Positions 48,646 to 58,858 of a stretch of DNA of 64,000 nt are shown one piece after another. The stretch is from NCBI GenBank assembly GCA_965226375.1, contig CBDDCX010000005.1:256001-320000 (forward strand), written 5' to 3'. How positions within the stretch are numbered: position 1 is the first letter of the stretch; each line of letters opens with the position of its first letter. The notes below the pieces were generated by a model that made no database searches, was not told where the DNA came from, and worked only from the letters and a program-made list of their open reading frames with translations. This DNA comes from Longimicrobiales bacterium (GTDB lineage Bacteria > Gemmatimonadota > Gemmatimonadetes > Longimicrobiales > Gaopeijiaceae). The translations under genes were made by a program, and so were the position numbers.

Positions 48646-49077
48646 ATGTCCGAAGAAACCGCAGATCTCGCGGCCATGGTCGAGGGGGGTGAGGGTATCT
48701 CCACGATCCGTGCGAGCGGCACCTTCCGTGGCTGGAACAACATCCGCTACAAGGCTGGTCTCTCGGCCAAGAACGTGGGATCCAGCAAGCTGTCCATGAA
48801 CGTGGCCACGATTCCCCCCGGGGGAGTCGCGTATGCCCACATCCACGTGGGATTCGAGCTGATGCTGTACATCCTCGAGGGGAATGTGCGCCATGAATAC
48901 GGCCCGGGCTTGAGGCATGTCTTGGAGAACAAGGCTGGCGACTTCATCTTCATCGAGCCTGATGTCCCGCACGAGGTGTTCAACATGAGCGACACGGAGC
49001 CGGTGGTGGCGGTCGTGGCTCGCTCGGACGCCAGCGAGTGGGGAAACATCAACGACTACGACCGGAATTCCGAGTAG
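48646..49077 (+). CDS. Cupin domain protein
   Basis: AHIH...E...G and GDFIFIEPDVPH. Confidence 0.85.
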   Translation: MSEETADLAAMVEGGEGISTIRASGTFRGWNNIRYKAGLSAKNVGSSKLSMNVATIPPGGVAYAHIHVGFELMLYILEGNVRHEYGPGLRHVLENKAGDFIFIEPDVPHEVFNMSDTEPVVAVVARSDASEWGNINDYDRNSE

Positions 49078-49087
49078 GGAGAAATAC

Positions 49088-50833
49088 ATGATCGACCGTC
49101 GTCGCTTCTTCGCCTTCGCTGCGCTGACCGTACTGTGGTTGGGTACGACCGGACTCACCGCTGTTCAGCCGCTCGCCACGCTCGCACCCGCGAGTGTTCA
49201 GGCCGACACGGTCCAGCCGGTTCGGGCGCCGCATGGTATGGTGGTGTCCGAGAGCGTCCATGCCAGCAAGGCGGGTGCCGATGTTCTTGCTGCGGGCGGG
49301 AACGCGGTGGACGCGGCTATCGCCACGGGCTTTGCGTTGGCCGTGACCCATCCGTCGGCCGGCAACATCGGCGGCGGTGGCTTCATGGTCATCCGCTTTC
49401 CCGACGGGGGCACGACTGCGCTCGATTTCCGTGAGAAGGCTCCGCTGGCCGCACATCCCGATATGTGGTTGGACGAATCAGGGGAATACTCCCGTACCAA
49501 GCACCACAACAGCCACATGGCCGTGGGCGTGCCCGGTACCGTGGCCGGGTTCTGGAAGGCGCATCGTCTCTATGGCAGCCAAGAGTGGCGACGCCTGCTG
49601 AGCCCGGCGTCTGTTCTGGCTCGAGACGGATTCGACATCACCCCGCGGCTCGCTCGGGGGCTCCAGCGCCTCATCGAGGGACGGGGCGCTGCCTACGAGG
49701 GCACGGTCGCTTCGTTCTCCATGGACGGGCGTCCGCTGGACCCCGAGTACCGGCTCGTGCAGACCGACCTGGCTCGCACCATGGAGCGCATCGCCAACGA
49801 CGGTCGGGACGGGTTCTACAAGGGTGAGACGGCTCGCCTTCTCGTGGCCGAAATGGAGAGGCGCGGCGGGATCATCACGCTTGAAGACCTCTTGCGGTAT
49901 CAGGCCAAGGAGCGCACCCCCATCAAGGGCACGTATCGGGGCTACGACGTCATCTCCATGCCCCCGCCCTCCAGCGGCGGGATTGCCATGGTCGAGATGC
50001 TGAACATTCTCGAGGGGTTCGATCTCGCGTCCATGGGCCACAACTCGCCGGACTACATTCATCACGTGACCGAGGCCATGCGCAGGGCCTACCGTGACCG
50101 GGCCCGCTACGTGGCCGACGTGGACTTTGTCGACGTGCCGTTGCACCGATTGACGGACAAGGACTACGCCGCTCGGCTGCGATCCGATATCGATCCGGTC
50201 AACGCCAGCGTCTCCGTCCCGACCGACGTGACGGAGCCCTACGAGAGTCCGGAGACCACGCACTACTCCGTGGTGGACCGCGATGGCATGGCCGTTTCCG
50301 TGACCTACACGCTCGAGTCGGGCTACGGCTCAGCGATCACGGTGCCCGGCGGGGGCTTCCTGCTCAACAACGAGATGGGCGACTTCAACGCGGGCCCCGG
50401 CCTCACCGACGCCAACGGCCTCATCGGCACCGACCCGAACCTGGCTCGCCCGGAGCAGCGGATGCTGTCGAGCATGACCCCCAGCATCCTGGCCAAAGAC
50501 GGAGAGCTGGTAGCCGTGGTTGGAAGTCCCGGTGGCCGGACGATCATCAACACGGTCATGCAGGTGATTCTGAACGTCGTCGAGTTCGACATGAACATCC
50601 AGGAAGCGGTCAACGCCAAGCGCTTACACCACCAATGGCTCCCGGACAACGTGCGGATCGAGCAGGATGGAGTTTCCGCGGAAACGTTGGCGGAACTCGA
50701 GCGGCGCGGCTACACGGTGTCGGTCAGGGGAGGGCAGGGGCTCGCCCACTCGATCATGATCGATCCCCAGACCGGTGACCGTCTGGGAGCAGCCGATGAG
50801 AGAAACGTGGACGCGGGGGCAGTGGGGAACTAG
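49088..50833 (+). CDS. ggt: Gamma-glutamyltransferase
   Basis: GGNAVDAA, DFREKAP, ETTHYS, LNNEMGDF, LSSMTP, GSPGG. Confidence 0.93.
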   Translation: MIDRRRFFAFAALTVLWLGTTGLTAVQPLATLAPASVQADTVQPVRAPHGMVVSESVHASKAGADVLAAGGNAVDAAIATGFALAVTHPSAGNIGGGGFMVIRFPDGGTTALDFREKAPLAAHPDMWLDESGEYSRTKHHNSHMAVGVPGTVAGFWKAHRLYGSQEWRRLLSPASVLARDGFDITPRLARGLQRLIEGRGAAYEGTVASFSMDGRPLDPEYRLVQTDLARTMERIANDGRDGFYKGETARLLVAEMERRGGIITLEDLLRYQAKERTPIKGTYRGYDVISMPPPSSGGIAMVEMLNILEGFDLASMGHNSPDYIHHVTEAMRRAYRDRARYVADVDFVDVPLHRLTDKDYAARLRSDIDPVNASVSVPTDVTEPYESPETTHYSVVDRDGMAVSVTYTLESGYGSAITVPGGGFLLNNEMGDFNAGPGLTDANGLIGTDPNLARPEQRMLSSMTPSILAKDGELVAVVGSPGGRTIINTVMQVILNVVEFDMNIQEAVNAKRLHHQWLPDNVRIEQDGVSAETLAELERRGYTVSVRGGQGLAHSIMIDPQTGDRLGAADERNVDAGAVGN

Positions 50834-50889
50834 TCTCCGCGGAGTAGCACCAGCGGTCGGAGAACGAAACTAACGGCTGTGGGCGGGAC

Positions 50890-51828
50890 TTACGTGCCGG
50901 AACACACGGGTGTCAGCCACCCGTGCAGGTCTTCCTCCTCGCCCTTGGCTACGGCCAAGAACCGTTTCTGGACCGCTTTCGTCACCGGCCCGGCTTTCCC
51001 TTCGCCGACGGTGATGCGGTCGACGCTGCGAATGGGAGTCACCTCGGTGGCGGTGCCCGTGAAGAACACCTCATCCGCGGTGTAGAGATCCTCGCGAGGG
51101 ACGGGTCGCTCTTGAACCTCGATACCCAGGTCCTCGGCCATGGTGATCACCGCGTCCCGGGTGACGCCGCGTAGCAGTGAGCCGTCGAGTTGGGGCGTCA
51201 CCAGAATGCCGCCCCGTACCAGGAACACGTTCTGCCCGCCGCCTTCGCTCAGGCGGCCCTCGGTGGACAACACCAGCCCCTCGGAATAACCGTTCGCTAC
51301 GGCTTCCATCTTGATGAGCTGGGCGTTGTTGTAGTGGCCGGCGGCCTTGGCCTGCACCGGAAACGTGTTCGGGGCCGGCCGATTCCACGATGACACGCAG
51401 ACATCGACGCCCTTCTCGAGCGCCTCTTCTCCCAGATAGGCGCCCCAGGGCCACGCGGCGATATAGGTCTCGATGGGACTGTGCTCGGGATCCAGGCCCG
51501 CCGCGCCGTATCCTCGCAGAACCATGGGGCGGATGTAGCAGTCCTTCAGCCCGTTGCGCTCGACCGTGGTCAGGCACGCGTCGATGATCTCCTGCCGGGA
51601 ATACGCCGGCTCCATCCGGTAGATTTTACAGGAGTGGAAGAGCCTCTCGATGTGTGCGTCCAACCGGAAGACGCACGGTCCCTTGGGAGTGTCGTAGCTC
51701 CGAATACCCTCGAACATGGAGGTTCCGAATTGGACCGCAGTGCTCAGGATATGGAGCGTAGCATCCCCCCAGGGAATGACCTCCCCGTCGCGCCATATGT
51801 ATTCGGACTCCGCGAGCTTCCCCGACAT
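50890..51828 (-). CDS. ilvE: Branched-chain amino acid aminotransferase
   Basis: FEGIR, YIRP, AKAAGHY, SEG.GQN, LRGVTR, FFTGTATEVTP. Confidence 0.92.
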   Translation of the reverse strand: MSGKLAESEYIWRDGEVIPWGDATLHILSTAVQFGTSMFEGIRSYDTPKGPCVFRLDAHIERLFHSCKIYRMEPAYSRQEIIDACLTTVERNGLKDCYIRPMVLRGYGAAGLDPEHSPIETYIAAWPWGAYLGEEALEKGVDVCVSSWNRPAPNTFPVQAKAAGHYNNAQLIKMEAVANGYSEGLVLSTEGRLSEGGGQNVFLVRGGILVTPQLDGSLLRGVTRDAVITMAEDLGIEVQERPVPREDLYTADEVFFTGTATEVTPIRSVDRITVGEGKAGPVTKAVQKRFLAVAKGEEEDLHGWLTPVCSGT

Positions 51829-51899
51829 AGCTTTCTCCAGTTAGTACCATCGATTGCGCCGCTGACACCACACCCGATCCCCGGAGTGCCCTCCGTGCC

Positions 51900-52691
51900 C
51901 TACAGGAGCGAGCGGATCGCTCCCCCGTCCACCGGAATCGAGACTCCCGTGATATAGCTGGCTCGCTCAGAGGCGAGAAAGGTAACCATTGCCGCGCATT
52001 CGGCCGGTGTTCCTATACGGCCCATGGGGATCTGGCTTTCCCAATGAGCGTAGGCCTCTTCGGGCAGAAGCCCCGAGCGATCGGCCGCTTGGGCGGCCAG
52101 TTGCTCCAACCGCTCGGTCTTTGTGTATCCCGGCATGACGTTGTTGACGGTGATGCCGAAATGCGCTTCCTCGTTCGCAAGGGTTTTGGCGAACCCGGTG
52201 ACGGCGGCCCGCACGGCGTTCGACAGGATCAGGCCGTCGACGGGCTGCTTGACGGCCACCGACGTGATGTTGATGATCCTCCCCCACGCCGCTTCTCGCA
52301 TGGCGGGAAGGACCTCGCGGGTCAGATTCAGCACGCTGTAGAGGTTCTGGCGGACGGCCTCACTCCAGACCTCTCGGGAGTGGCTCTCGAAGGGCCCCGA
52401 GGGTGGCCCGCCGGTGTTGGTAACCAAGATGTCGACATGCCCGAATTCGGCCTTTGCTGCCGCCATGAGGCGATCGATGTCGTGCGGCTCACTGAGGTCC
52501 GCCGGGACCGCGACCACCTCGACCCCGGTCTCGTCGAAAATCGCCTGCCGGGCCACCTCCAAGGGTCGAACGCTTCGCGCGCACATCACCAGGTTGGCGC
52601 CTTCCCGAGCCAGCTCGTCGGCGACGGCCCTCCCCAGACCCCTGCTCGACGCCGCCACCAGGGCGGTCTTGCCCTTCAGTCCCAGATCCAT
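51900..52691 (-). CDS. SDR oxidoreductase
   Basis: MDLGLKGKTALVAASSRGLG, NTGGP, SNAVRAA. Confidence 0.87.
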   Translation of the reverse strand: MDLGLKGKTALVAASSRGLGRAVADELAREGANLVMCARSVRPLEVARQAIFDETGVEVVAVPADLSEPHDIDRLMAAAKAEFGHVDILVTNTGGPPSGPFESHSREVWSEAVRQNLYSVLNLTREVLPAMREAAWGRIINITSVAVKQPVDGLILSNAVRAAVTGFAKTLANEEAHFGITVNNVMPGYTKTERLEQLAAQAADRSGLLPEEAYAHWESQIPMGRIGTPAECAAMVTFLASERASYITGVSIPVDGGAIRSLL

Positions 52692-52696
52692 CCCAG

Positions 52697-53068
52697 CTAC
52701 CTCCGCAGGTAGTCGTCGGTCCCCGACAGCCAGTCTTCGCGGGGCGGCACGAAGATGTCCAGATCGAGCGTATCCTCGAGTGCTTCGGCCTTGTGCGGAA
52801 CGTGGGGCGGAATGTGAAGCACTTCCCCGGCATGCACGTCGATCACCTCCGACCCGTCGTCTCCGATCCAGAAGCGCAGCGTCCCCTCGACGATGTACGT
52901 GAATTGCTCGTTGTGGTGCGAGTGCTGCGGGACGACGGCACCTTGCGCAAGGTGCACGTGGGCCAGCATGCCCTTCTCGCCCGTGATCAGCTGTCGCTGC
53001 AGAAGGGGGTTCAGCTGTTCTTTGGGAATTCTGTCCCAAGGGATATGTCGAACGGAGGCATCGCTCAT
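52697..53068 (-). CDS. Cupin domain protein
   Basis: VPQHSHHNEQ, IPPHVPH, DIFVPPREDW. Confidence 0.87.
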   Translation of the reverse strand: MSDASVRHIPWDRIPKEQLNPLLQRQLITGEKGMLAHVHLAQGAVVPQHSHHNEQFTYIVEGTLRFWIGDDGSEVIDVHAGEVLHIPPHVPHKAEALEDTLDLDIFVPPREDWLSGTDDYLRR

Positions 53069-53268
53069 GGGTCTAGGCTCGATCTGAGGTGCGGCCTGAA
53101 TGCGTGAAGCTGCAAGAGACCATGCGAATAGCGGGCGAGCAAGATGCGCCACGCCCACGGGGCGAACGGCCGGCTGGCCCGGTTTTCCTGGCTTCCTGGC
53201 GGCCGCTAGTTTACCGGGTTCGTAACACGCCCGCCGTCCAGCGAACTTCTGACTCAGGACGCTAGGAG

Positions 53269-53688
53269 ATGACCGTGTCCGACAAGCCGAATAAGACCGA
53301 TGAAGAGTGGCGTGAGTCCCTCACGCCAGAGCAGTACCAGGTCCTCAGGAAAAAGGGGACCGAGCGGGCCTTTACCGGTGAGTATTGGGACACCAAGGAC
53401 CCCGGTACGTACGTCTGCGCCGGATGTGGCACGCCCCTCTTTGATTCCGGGAGCAAGTTCGACTCGGCGTGTGGCTGGCCGAGCTTCTACGAGGCGGCAG
53501 ACGGGGGCAAGGTGCGCACGGAGGACGACCATAGCATGGGTATGCGTCGCACCGAGGTCTTGTGTGCGGCGTGTGACGGACACCTCGGGCACATATTCCC
53601 CGATGGTCCGGAGCCCACGGGCCTCCGCTACTGCATCAACTCTGCGGCACTGACTCTGGAGCCGAACGAGCCCGACGCCGGAGAGTAA
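53269..53688 (+). CDS. msrB: Peptide-methionine (R)-S-oxide reductase
   Basis: GTERAF, CAGC, CGWPSF, HLGHIF.DGP, RYCINS. Confidence 0.95.
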   Translation: MTVSDKPNKTDEEWRESLTPEQYQVLRKKGTERAFTGEYWDTKDPGTYVCAGCGTPLFDSGSKFDSACGWPSFYEAADGGKVRTEDDHSMGMRRTEVLCAACDGHLGHIFPDGPEPTGLRYCINSAALTLEPNEPDAGE

Positions 53689-53842
53689 GAGGCCGGCGTC
53701 GCTTTGACTCCGGATCATCGCTCCAAGCGGACGGAAATTCCGGCGGTCGGCACTCGTATTTCGTCTGGTGGGCGGGGTGTACCCTTTTCGGTGCTTTGAA
53801 TAGGTTTCACCGGCTCAGCAACCGCGGCTCCGCCGCGGCGGG

Positions 53843-54553
53843 GTGGCTCAGCCGGTAGAGGCTCGCCGCCCGGGGGCGCCCACGCACCTCGCGACCGCAC
53901 ATGGGGGATGGATGAAATCTCGTGAGTTTCTCGAGCTCGTGGTGCGCTTCCCGTTGGTGGTGCGACGTGTGGGCATGGTGCTTGCAGTTCTGGTCGTGCA
54001 GGGTTGTGGTGGCGGTCCCCAGCCGGCTCCGGAAGCCGGGAGCATGCGGGGTGTCGTGCCCGACCTCCGGGGGCGACGGGTCATGGTCTATCCGGTGCAG
54101 ATCCGGCAGGGCGTGCCGGGGGACGTGGATCCGGAGATCGCTTTTGCGTTTCGGGAGCGGGGCAGCGAGATCGAGTGGGTTTTTCCTGAGGAGCTTCGGG
54201 CCACGCTCGCACGTGCGCCGGTCGTCCAGAGCAGAGTGGACGGCCTACCCGTAAGCGTATTTCTCGGGGCGGAGGTGGATCGGATCGGCGACCCTCTGTA
54301 TGGACAGGTTCGCCGCTTGGCCGAGTTGGTGAATTCCGATATCGCCATCATCCCGGTGACCATTCGTTCGGGCGCCGAAGGGGCGGGGGGAGTCTCGGTG
54401 GTGGAGATCCTCACGACGATCCTGAACGTGAGGACGGGTTGTGTGGTCTGGTCGGGAGTCGTGGCGGGTCGTCCGGGGCCGGTGTCGGATTTCGGCTCAG
54501 TGGCGTCGGCGGTAGAGAAGCTGGCAGAAACGTTGTTATGGTACGTGCGATAG
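53843..54553 (+). CDS. Hypothetical lipoprotein
   Basis: VVQGC lipobox-like; true start probably downstream of the ORF start. Confidence 0.6.
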   Translation: MAQPVEARRPGAPTHLATAHGGWMKSREFLELVVRFPLVVRRVGMVLAVLVVQGCGGGPQPAPEAGSMRGVVPDLRGRRVMVYPVQIRQGVPGDVDPEIAFAFRERGSEIEWVFPEELRATLARAPVVQSRVDGLPVSVFLGAEVDRIGDPLYGQVRRLAELVNSDIAIIPVTIRSGAEGAGGVSVVEILTTILNVRTGCVVWSGVVAGRPGPVSDFGSVASAVEKLAETLLWYVR

Positions 54554-54564
54554 CAGAACAGAAT

Positions 54565-55083
54565 ATGATTGCGATCAGGACTTCCAGAATCTTGTTGGCC
54601 GTGGCCTCCATCGGACTCCTCGGCGGTGCGGCGTGCGAGGAAACCAACCTCACGCTGCCTTCCGAGGCCGAGGCCCGTGCATACTACTCCGCCTCATCGG
54701 CCATCAGCGTTCGTGTGAGCGGGAATGTGTTGGAGATTCTGGTGAACCAGCCGCTCCAACAGGTCCGTCGTGGAGGCTCCCTGTGGGCCAAGGTCGGACC
54801 CTACATCTACCTTTTCACGCAAGAGACCGAGTCCGTGCTCGATGCGTATCCCGGGCTGGCGGGCGTTCGTGTCATCACGCGGACGAGCCGGCGGGACACG
54901 GAGGTCGCTCGGGCTTTCCTGCAGCGAGACAAGCTCAACGAACTGACCTGGAAGCGAGCCAAGAATGTCGCGGGCACGGCGCGACTGGAAGGCACCAGGC
55001 GACCCTCGTACTTGGAGGATTTGGTCGAATGGGGTGAAGATCGCACCGAGTTCTCCTACAGCAGTGAATTCGTAGGACGCTGA
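54565..55083 (+). CDS. Hypothetical lipoprotein
   Basis: GAAC lipobox; gene-like composition. Confidence 0.62.
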   Translation: MIAIRTSRILLAVASIGLLGGAACEETNLTLPSEAEARAYYSASSAISVRVSGNVLEILVNQPLQQVRRGGSLWAKVGPYIYLFTQETESVLDAYPGLAGVRVITRTSRRDTEVARAFLQRDKLNELTWKRAKNVAGTARLEGTRRPSYLEDLVEWGEDRTEFSYSSEFVGR

Positions 55084-55091
55084 ACGCCGTA

Positions 55092-55116
55092 CGGAGGGCG
55101 CCCGCCCTCCGATTTC
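55092..55116 (+). terminator. Intrinsic terminator-like hairpin
   Basis: CGGAGGGC / GCCCTCCG stem followed by ATTT. Confidence 0.5.
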
Positions 55117-55159
55117 ACATTACATTGCCGCATCCCTCTTCCGAAGGACGATCCACCGT

Positions 55160-56173
55160 ATGACCCAGACCGTTACCGTCATTCCCGGAGATGGAATCGG
55201 ACCCGAGGTCACCGACGCGACTCTGGAAATTCTTCGAGCCGCCGGCGCCGACTTCGAGTACGATATGCAGCTGGCGGGTATCGCCGCTCTCGACGCTGTC
55301 CACACCCCGCTTCCCGACGCCACGCTCGACTCGATCCGACAGAGTGGACTGTCTCTCAAGGGGCCGCTCACCACGCCCTCGGGCTCCGGATTTCGGTCCA
55401 TCAATGTGGCGCTTCGCAAGGAGTTCGACCTGTACGCCAACGTGCGTCCGGTCCTCACCGTGGTGCCTGGCGGGCGTTATGAGGACATCGACCTGGTCCT
55501 CATCCGTGAGAACACGGAAGGCCTCTACGTAGGAGTCGAGCACTACATCGGCATGGAGGGAGATCCCAAGGCAGCGGCCGAGTCGGTCATGATCGTGACC
55601 CGCTTCGGTGCCGAGCGCATTCTCAGGTATGCGTTCGAGTATGCGCGCAGACACGGTCGCAAGAAGGTGACGCTAGCCCACAAAGCCAACATCCTGAAGT
55701 ATACGCAGGGGCTTTTTCTCGACGTCGGCCGTGAAGTCGCCGCCGAATATCCCCAGATCGAGTGGGAGGACCGCATCATCGACGCCACGGCCATGGCGCT
55801 GGTGTTGGATCCGTATCGATTCGACGTGCTGGTGATGGAGAACATGTTCGGTGACATCCTGAGCGACCTGATGGCAGGGCTCGTGGGTGGCCTCGGTTTC
55901 GCTCCCGCCGGCAACATCGGCACGGACGCCGCCATGTTCGAGGCGGTGCACGGCTCCGCGCCGGACATCGCCGGACAGGGTGTGGCGAACCCGACCGGAC
56001 TGCTCCTGTCTGCGTGTCTCCTTCTCGATCACGTAGGGCAGACCGAGGTGGCCGGTCGTATCCGGATCGCGTTGGACGGGGTGGTAAGCTCTGGTGAGGC
56101 GCGGACTCATGACATGGGGGGGAACGCCTCCACGGCCGACTTTACGGGAGCGGTGGTCCGGTCGTTGTCGTGA
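55160..56173 (+). CDS. Isocitrate/isopropylmalate dehydrogenase family protein
   Basis: IPGDGIGPEV, SINVALR, RENTEGLY, NMFGDILSD, FEAVHGSAPDIAG. Confidence 0.9.
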   Translation: MTQTVTVIPGDGIGPEVTDATLEILRAAGADFEYDMQLAGIAALDAVHTPLPDATLDSIRQSGLSLKGPLTTPSGSGFRSINVALRKEFDLYANVRPVLTVVPGGRYEDIDLVLIRENTEGLYVGVEHYIGMEGDPKAAAESVMIVTRFGAERILRYAFEYARRHGRKKVTLAHKANILKYTQGLFLDVGREVAAEYPQIEWEDRIIDATAMALVLDPYRFDVLVMENMFGDILSDLMAGLVGGLGFAPAGNIGTDAAMFEAVHGSAPDIAGQGVANPTGLLLSACLLLDHVGQTEVAGRIRIALDGVVSSGEARTHDMGGNASTADFTGAVVRSLS

Positions 56174-56520
56174 CCTGGAGAACGAGTGATTCGGACCAGG
56201 CGGCCTGCATGCGTTGCCGCGAGATGCATCCCAGGGCCGACCTCGACCGCTTACTCTGGTGTGATGGCTGTCTCTTGGCCGTTCACCGCAGGGCCACCCG
56301 GAGGGGTTGGATGGTCGGCCTTGTGGCGGCTGTCGTTCTCTCCATCTGGATCTGGCTCTACATCGAGCCCTCCAATCTGGTCATCGGCGGTTGGATCGGG
56401 ACGGTGCTAGCGGCCTTCTATGTCGCCGCGCGCGTGGCCCGCGAGGTTCTTTACACCGCAGCGCGCCTCGGCAAACACGACGTGGTCGAGGCCGTTCCAC
56501 CGGGGCCCGATCCGCACTAG
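56170..56520 (+). CDS. Hypothetical membrane protein with CxxC...CxxC motif
   Basis: CMRC...CDGC followed by two TM helices. Confidence 0.65.
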   Translation: MTWRTSDSDQAACMRCREMHPRADLDRLLWCDGCLLAVHRRATRRGWMVGLVAAVVLSIWIWLYIEPSNLVIGGWIGTVLAAFYVAARVAREVLYTAARLGKHDVVEAVPPGPDPH

Positions 56521-56568
56521 TTTCAGCCTGCGGTTCGCACCGATCCAAACGCAGCGCGAGGCATCCCC

Positions 56569-57753
56569 ATGGCGGGCAAGTATCAGGGCGTAGATTTCTA
56601 CGACGTAGACGGTCTTCTCAGCGAAGAAGAGCGCATGATTCGGGACACCGTGCGGGAGTGGGTGGAGGATCGGGTGATGCCCCTCATCGGCAAGGCGTAT
56701 ATCGAGCGTCGTTTTCCCAAGGAGATCATCCCGGAGCTCGGCGAGCTGGGAATGCTCGGCGCCAACCTGCCGGAGGAGTACGGCTGTGCCGGGCTCAACA
56801 ACGTCGCGTATGGGCTCATCAATCAGGAGCTCGAACGGGGTGACTCGGGCGTTCGCTCGTTCGCGTCCGTACAAGGCGCACTGGTCATGTACCCGATCTA
56901 CGCGTTCGGTAGCGAAGAGCAGAAACAGGAGTGGCTACCCAAGCTGGCCTCGGCCGAGAAGATCGGGTGCTTCGGCCTGACCGAGCCCGACTACGGGTCG
57001 AACCCCGCCGGGATGATCACGACAGCCAAGAAGACCGACGACGGATGGGTCATCAACGGCACCAAGATGTGGATCACCAACGGCTCCATGTCCGACGTGG
57101 CCATCGTCTGGGCGCAGACCGGCGAGATCGGCGACGTCAAGAGCATCCGGGGCTTCGTGGTGCCCACCGACACCCCCGGTTTCTCCGCGCGCGATCAGAA
57201 GGGCAAGCTCTCTCTGTTGGCCTCCGACACGAGCGAGCTGCACATGGAAGACGTCCATTTGCCGGACACCGCGCTCATGCCCGAGAGCTCAGGGCTCAAG
57301 AGTCCCCTCAAGTGCCTGACACAGGCCCGCTACGGTATCTCCTTCGGAGCCGTGGGTGCCGCCATGGCCTGCTTCGACGAAGCCCGGAGTTATGCGAAGG
57401 AGCGGGTGATGTTCGGTGAGCCCATCGGGGCCAAGCAGATCCAGCAGGTCCGGCTCGCCGACATGCTGACCAAGATCACGCAGGCGCAGCTCCTGTGCCT
57501 GCAGCTCGGTCGGCTGAAGGACGCTGGAAAGGCGACGCCCCAGCAGGTGTCCCTGGCCAAGCGGGCCAACTGCGACATGGCGTGCGACATCGCGCGTGAG
57601 GCCCGGCGGCTGTTGGGGGCGAACGGCATTCTGGTGGAGTACCACTCCATGCGGCACATGGCCAACCTGGAGTCGGTCTATACCTACGAGGGCACCCATG
57701 ACATCCATGGGCTGATCCTGGGGCAGGCCGTGACGGGTTTGTCGGCGTTCTAG
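56569..57753 (+). CDS. gcdH: Acyl-CoA dehydrogenase, glutaryl-CoA dehydrogenase-like
   Basis: ELERGDSGVRS, GCFGLTEPDYGSNP, LESVYTYEGTHDIH. Confidence 0.88.
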   Translation: MAGKYQGVDFYDVDGLLSEEERMIRDTVREWVEDRVMPLIGKAYIERRFPKEIIPELGELGMLGANLPEEYGCAGLNNVAYGLINQELERGDSGVRSFASVQGALVMYPIYAFGSEEQKQEWLPKLASAEKIGCFGLTEPDYGSNPAGMITTAKKTDDGWVINGTKMWITNGSMSDVAIVWAQTGEIGDVKSIRGFVVPTDTPGFSARDQKGKLSLLASDTSELHMEDVHLPDTALMPESSGLKSPLKCLTQARYGISFGAVGAAMACFDEARSYAKERVMFGEPIGAKQIQQVRLADMLTKITQAQLLCLQLGRLKDAGKATPQQVSLAKRANCDMACDIAREARRLLGANGILVEYHSMRHMANLESVYTYEGTHDIHGLILGQAVTGLSAF

Positions 57754-57778
57754 GCCTCTTGGGGAGCGTGTAGAGGTC

Positions 57779-58027
57779 GTGATGGACGAAGATCACGGAG
57801 GCCGATGGTCGCTTTGGGAAAAGGAGCCCTTCGCCACATTCCGGGCCGAGCCCAAGCTGTTCGCGATTGGCCTCCCCCTCGTGTTCTTCGGCGGGGCCCT
57901 GGCCGGAGCCATGCTCATGAGGCGAAGCCTTCAACTCGCGCTGGGCGTCCAGGTGGTCCTGCAGACGCTGGGGTTCTTGTGGCTCTATGTGCCGGCTTTA
58001 CGGCGCACCAAGAACCGCGAGGACTGA
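57779..58027 (+). CDS. Hypothetical membrane protein
   Basis: Two hydrophobic segments; GAGG RBS. Confidence 0.55.
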   Translation: MMDEDHGGRWSLWEKEPFATFRAEPKLFAIGLPLVFFGGALAGAMLMRRSLQLALGVQVVLQTLGFLWLYVPALRRTKNRED

Positions 58028-58054
58028 GGCGCCGGGATTCGCTCTCGCGGCACC

Positions 58055-58082
58055 TTGACCGCATGGGGCTGCTAAATAGCTT
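58055..58082 (+). promoter_or_regulatory. Candidate native tRNA promoter
   Basis: TTGACC-N16-TAGCTT about 28 nt before the tRNA 5'-half copy. Confidence 0.4.
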
Positions 58083-58108
58083 TCTATGCTCCTCAGCAAA
58101 TGAGGTAT

Positions 58109-58148
58109 CCGCCCCGCTAGCTCAACTGGTAGAGCAACTGACTCTTAA
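58109..58148 (+). repeat. Duplicated 5' half of tRNA-Lys(CTT), att-like
   Basis: 40 bp identical to 59839-59878, ending at the anticodon loop CTCTTAA; no tRNA 3' half follows. Confidence 0.92.
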
Positions 58149-58291
58149 GTATCCACATCAGTTGTTACGAGGCGCCATCGGCGCGCTCTTACTGCCTTCT
58201 AGGCCGCTCTCCCCGCGCATCGCGCACCATCGGCAAGCACCGTAGGGCCCACTTTGGGCCGCACTTTTGTTTCGGATTGAAGATCCAACTC

Positions 58292-58858
58292 CTACACCGG
58301 CCGCGCGCGCTCGCGTTTCTGGGCATCCTCAAGTCTCTGCCGATTTCGTTCATGTGCCACGAGGTTGAGTGCCGGGACCATCGAGAGGATGTAGTCGGAA
58401 AGATCCTCCTCGCCCATCCGTGCGACGTCCACGCCCCACCTCGAGAGGGGAGCTGCCAAGGCCAAACCAATCCCCTGCGTGACGGCCTCTTCCGCGGAGT
58501 GATCACCATCTCGGTACGCGGTGAGGGTTCCGACTGGGTCTAGCCTTAAGTCGAGGTCCCTGAGGCGCAGGCGTAGCCGAGTTAGTGGTGGGACCCAGTG
58601 GGGAATTTCTTCGAAGAGTAGTCCGGCGGCTGGGATGTCGTCGCCTTCTTCCGTCGACGTGCGGTACCAGGATCGTTGATTCGCCTCGGGCAAGCCGATC
58701 GATTTGCAGATGGCCTTGGCGACAGTTCGCTCGACGTCGAAACGGGGCTCCGGGGCGGATTGGTTGTCCGCAGCGAGTTCGTCGAAAGGCTCGAGAGGGG
58801 GCCCCTGGTAGCAGATCAGCCACGCGCTCCGGACCCCTAGGAGGCTGGCCGCGTGCAA
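58292..58858 (-). CDS. Hypothetical protein or fragment
   Basis: 188-aa ORF, protein-like C-terminal part, uncertain 5' end. Confidence 0.35.
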   Translation of the reverse strand: MHAASLLGVRSAWLICYQGPPLEPFDELAADNQSAPEPRFDVERTVAKAICKSIGLPEANQRSWYRTSTEEGDDIPAAGLLFEEIPHWVPPLTRLRLRLRDLDLRLDPVGTLTAYRDGDHSAEEAVTQGIGLALAAPLSRWGVDVARMGEEDLSDYILSMVPALNLVAHERNRQRLEDAQKRERARPV

